Origin: Gemmatimonadota bacterium
Lineage (GTDB): Bacteria; Gemmatimonadota; Gemmatimonadetes; Gemmatimonadales; Gemmatimonadaceae
Length of the DNA stretch: 64,000 nt
Assembly: GCA_002737115.1 (NCBI GenBank)
Contig: NSHR01000009.1
Span: 730-64,729 of the forward strand
Direction of reading: 5' to 3'
Shown: piece by piece, positions 63,501 through 64,000 of the stretch
Position numbering within the stretch: position 1 is the stretch's first letter
How the letters are laid out: each line of letters opens with the position of its first letter
The notes under the pieces: model-generated
Seen by the model: the letters and a program-made list of their open reading frames with translations, nothing else
The model's database searches: none
Told to the model about the DNA's origin: nothing
Made by a program: the position numbers and the translations under genes

Positions 63501-63616
63501 TCCACGGTGGTACGTGTGGCGAGTGGCAGTCTCGTGAACGAAATCGCACCGGCCAACAGCAGTGCGACGCAAATCGCCCACACCACCGCCGGGCGGTGCG
63601 TCGCGAAGCGAATCAC
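60542..63616 (-). CDS. RND efflux permease (AcrB/MdtBC family), degenerate proton relay
   Basis: 'WPGASPEVIETYLTSPVE', 12-TM layout, 'AIVGSTLTTAVVLFP', 'LIPLSVG'. Confidence 0.92.
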   Translation of the reverse strand: MIRFATHRPAVVWAICVALLLAGAISFTRLPLATRTTVELPRLSVFASWPGASPEVIETYLTSPVEAAIQGVRGVRRVSSNSNDDYAMLTVELEERADVQMARLAILERLELLRADLPPGASPPTVANYVPEGLEEAPLMSLSVFGPYTSGTLQKLLEERVSPRLGSIPGVAGVQVRGGTDLGVSVSYDPVQLRRIGISPQRLSEAIAGARMVQALGALDRGSDPAHATTQNVVLRDQPKALEDLQALPVRGPGTRVFRLGELATVRAEEDARGRFFRIDGEPAVAVEISRHPGADAIKTAAALRAAITQLEPNMPPAVRLRINNDESEELKEELDDLALRSVIAFGCVLLVLAFTLRRWRAVAVVMGTTAVAIAATALSLYLFNIPANLLTLAGLGMGVGILVQNGLVVVERLGTEPDTPDGRARATQRIMPAIVGSTLTTAVVLFPFLYLQGDTRAAFVPFAAAFVFALGWSVFTALLVVPALGKGVAAQHAAWPRLRRAYALLLMRLLRWRAATMIGAVAALAVLTWGFVEKVPRSSFGGFGERRTSLSVGLSFPRGSDPGTLDRGMAEFERLVVGRPEIEQVRAATRSGTSAQMSVLFTRAGGLTAVPLELQELLTQRAVLIGGASVSVVGDGPGFSSGGGGSSFATFRMQVRGYSYDGVGRVADDLKARLERITRVREVRISSGGYFGGERGYQVTLEPDRAALTRYGLNASLLTGAIAREVRGPVGRQLLEIGGDELPVTVKAAGARDHSLEELQEAIVPTLTGAPVRIGDVAIVDAREALSTIVREDQQYIRQLSYDFRGPSKLARRTHTAFMKSLAAPAGYSIIDLTDGSPFERDESEQGLYLVFAIGVVLVVLAVALVFDSMWGAAQVFLSLPLAIGGVVAAFWLLKTAFTREAAVGVILVIGLAVNQAILLADAALEKRRALREAGLDARLHAGQVLHAALDRAGMILMVTLAAMASLIPLSVGTDATRLFGAIALATAGGTVAGTLGVLFVMPALLVGRRVRRTRSVVPAAAL

Positions 63617-64000
63617 GCCACTGGCTCCGTTTTACGCAATGCGCGACGTTCGGTGCGCCGCTCCAGCACCGCGTAGGCCGTGGGCAACAGAAAGAAGGTG
63701 ACCAAGAGCGCGCTGATGCTGCCGCCGATGATGCCGGCCGCCAGCGGCTGATACAGCGCGCCACCGCTGCCCCATCCGAACACCAGCGGCAACACACCGG
63801 TCACGGTGGTAATTGACGTCATCGCAATGGCGCGCAGCCGCTGCTCACCGCCGCGAATGATGGCGTCGTCGATACTGTGCCCGGCTTCGCGGAATTTGCG
63901 AATGGCATCGAGCTTCACTACCGCTTCGTTGTCGGCCATACCGATCATCACCACGATGCCGATCAAACTCACGGCGTTGAGCGACTGTCCCGTAAGCCAC
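63613..64000 (-). CDS. RND efflux permease, C-terminal part (gene runs off the window)
   Basis: Frame open to the window edge; 'QRLRAIAMTSITTVTGVLPL...YQPLAAGIIGG'; stop overlaps the next start (GTGA). Confidence 0.9.
   Translation of the reverse strand, partial: WLTGQSLNAVSLIGIVVMIGMADNEAVVKLDAIRKFREAGHSIDDAIIRGGEQRLRAIAMTSITTVTGVLPLVFGWGSGGALYQPLAAGIIGGSISALLVTFFLLPTAYAVLERRTERRALRKTEPVA

Overview
GC-rich bacterial chromosomal window. The gene content (SusC/SusD-like pairs, many carboxypeptidase-regulatory-like/Ig-domain secreted proteins, a PorV-like barrel, a short RpoD-family sigma factor) suggests the FCB group, most likely Gemmatimonadota; this assignment is inference. The core block holds atpA-G-D-C (F1 only, with its own promoter), AraC, NUDIX and MlaF-type ATPase genes, the sigma factor and a five-tRNA operon (Ala, Gly, Val, Arg, Pro). 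It is flanked by outer-membrane uptake loci: five TonB-dependent transporters (TBDTs), three of them with SusD-like partners. Other genes include a DUF1592-cytochrome/DUF1552/ankyrin triad, an Ig-repeat HEXXH peptidase, two secreted creatininase-fold proteins, a secreted FAH-family enzyme and tandem RND permeases. Best candidate for an under-described system: the five-gene minus-strand operon at 11373-21799, encoding a TBDT, a 1440-aa protein with a T9SS-like C-terminal domain, a PorV-like barrel, a small barrel and a lipoprotein. It has no SusD, and has its own promoter, a structured leader and a terminator. Also notable: a barrel-less TonB plug protein, creatininase homologues with rewired metal ligands, an RND subunit lacking the proton-relay residues, an Asp-less LytTR regulator and two inverted-repeat elements built from 9-bp units. 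No CRISPR array, rRNA, integrase or transposase was seen. All family calls come from motif recognition by eye, not database searches.
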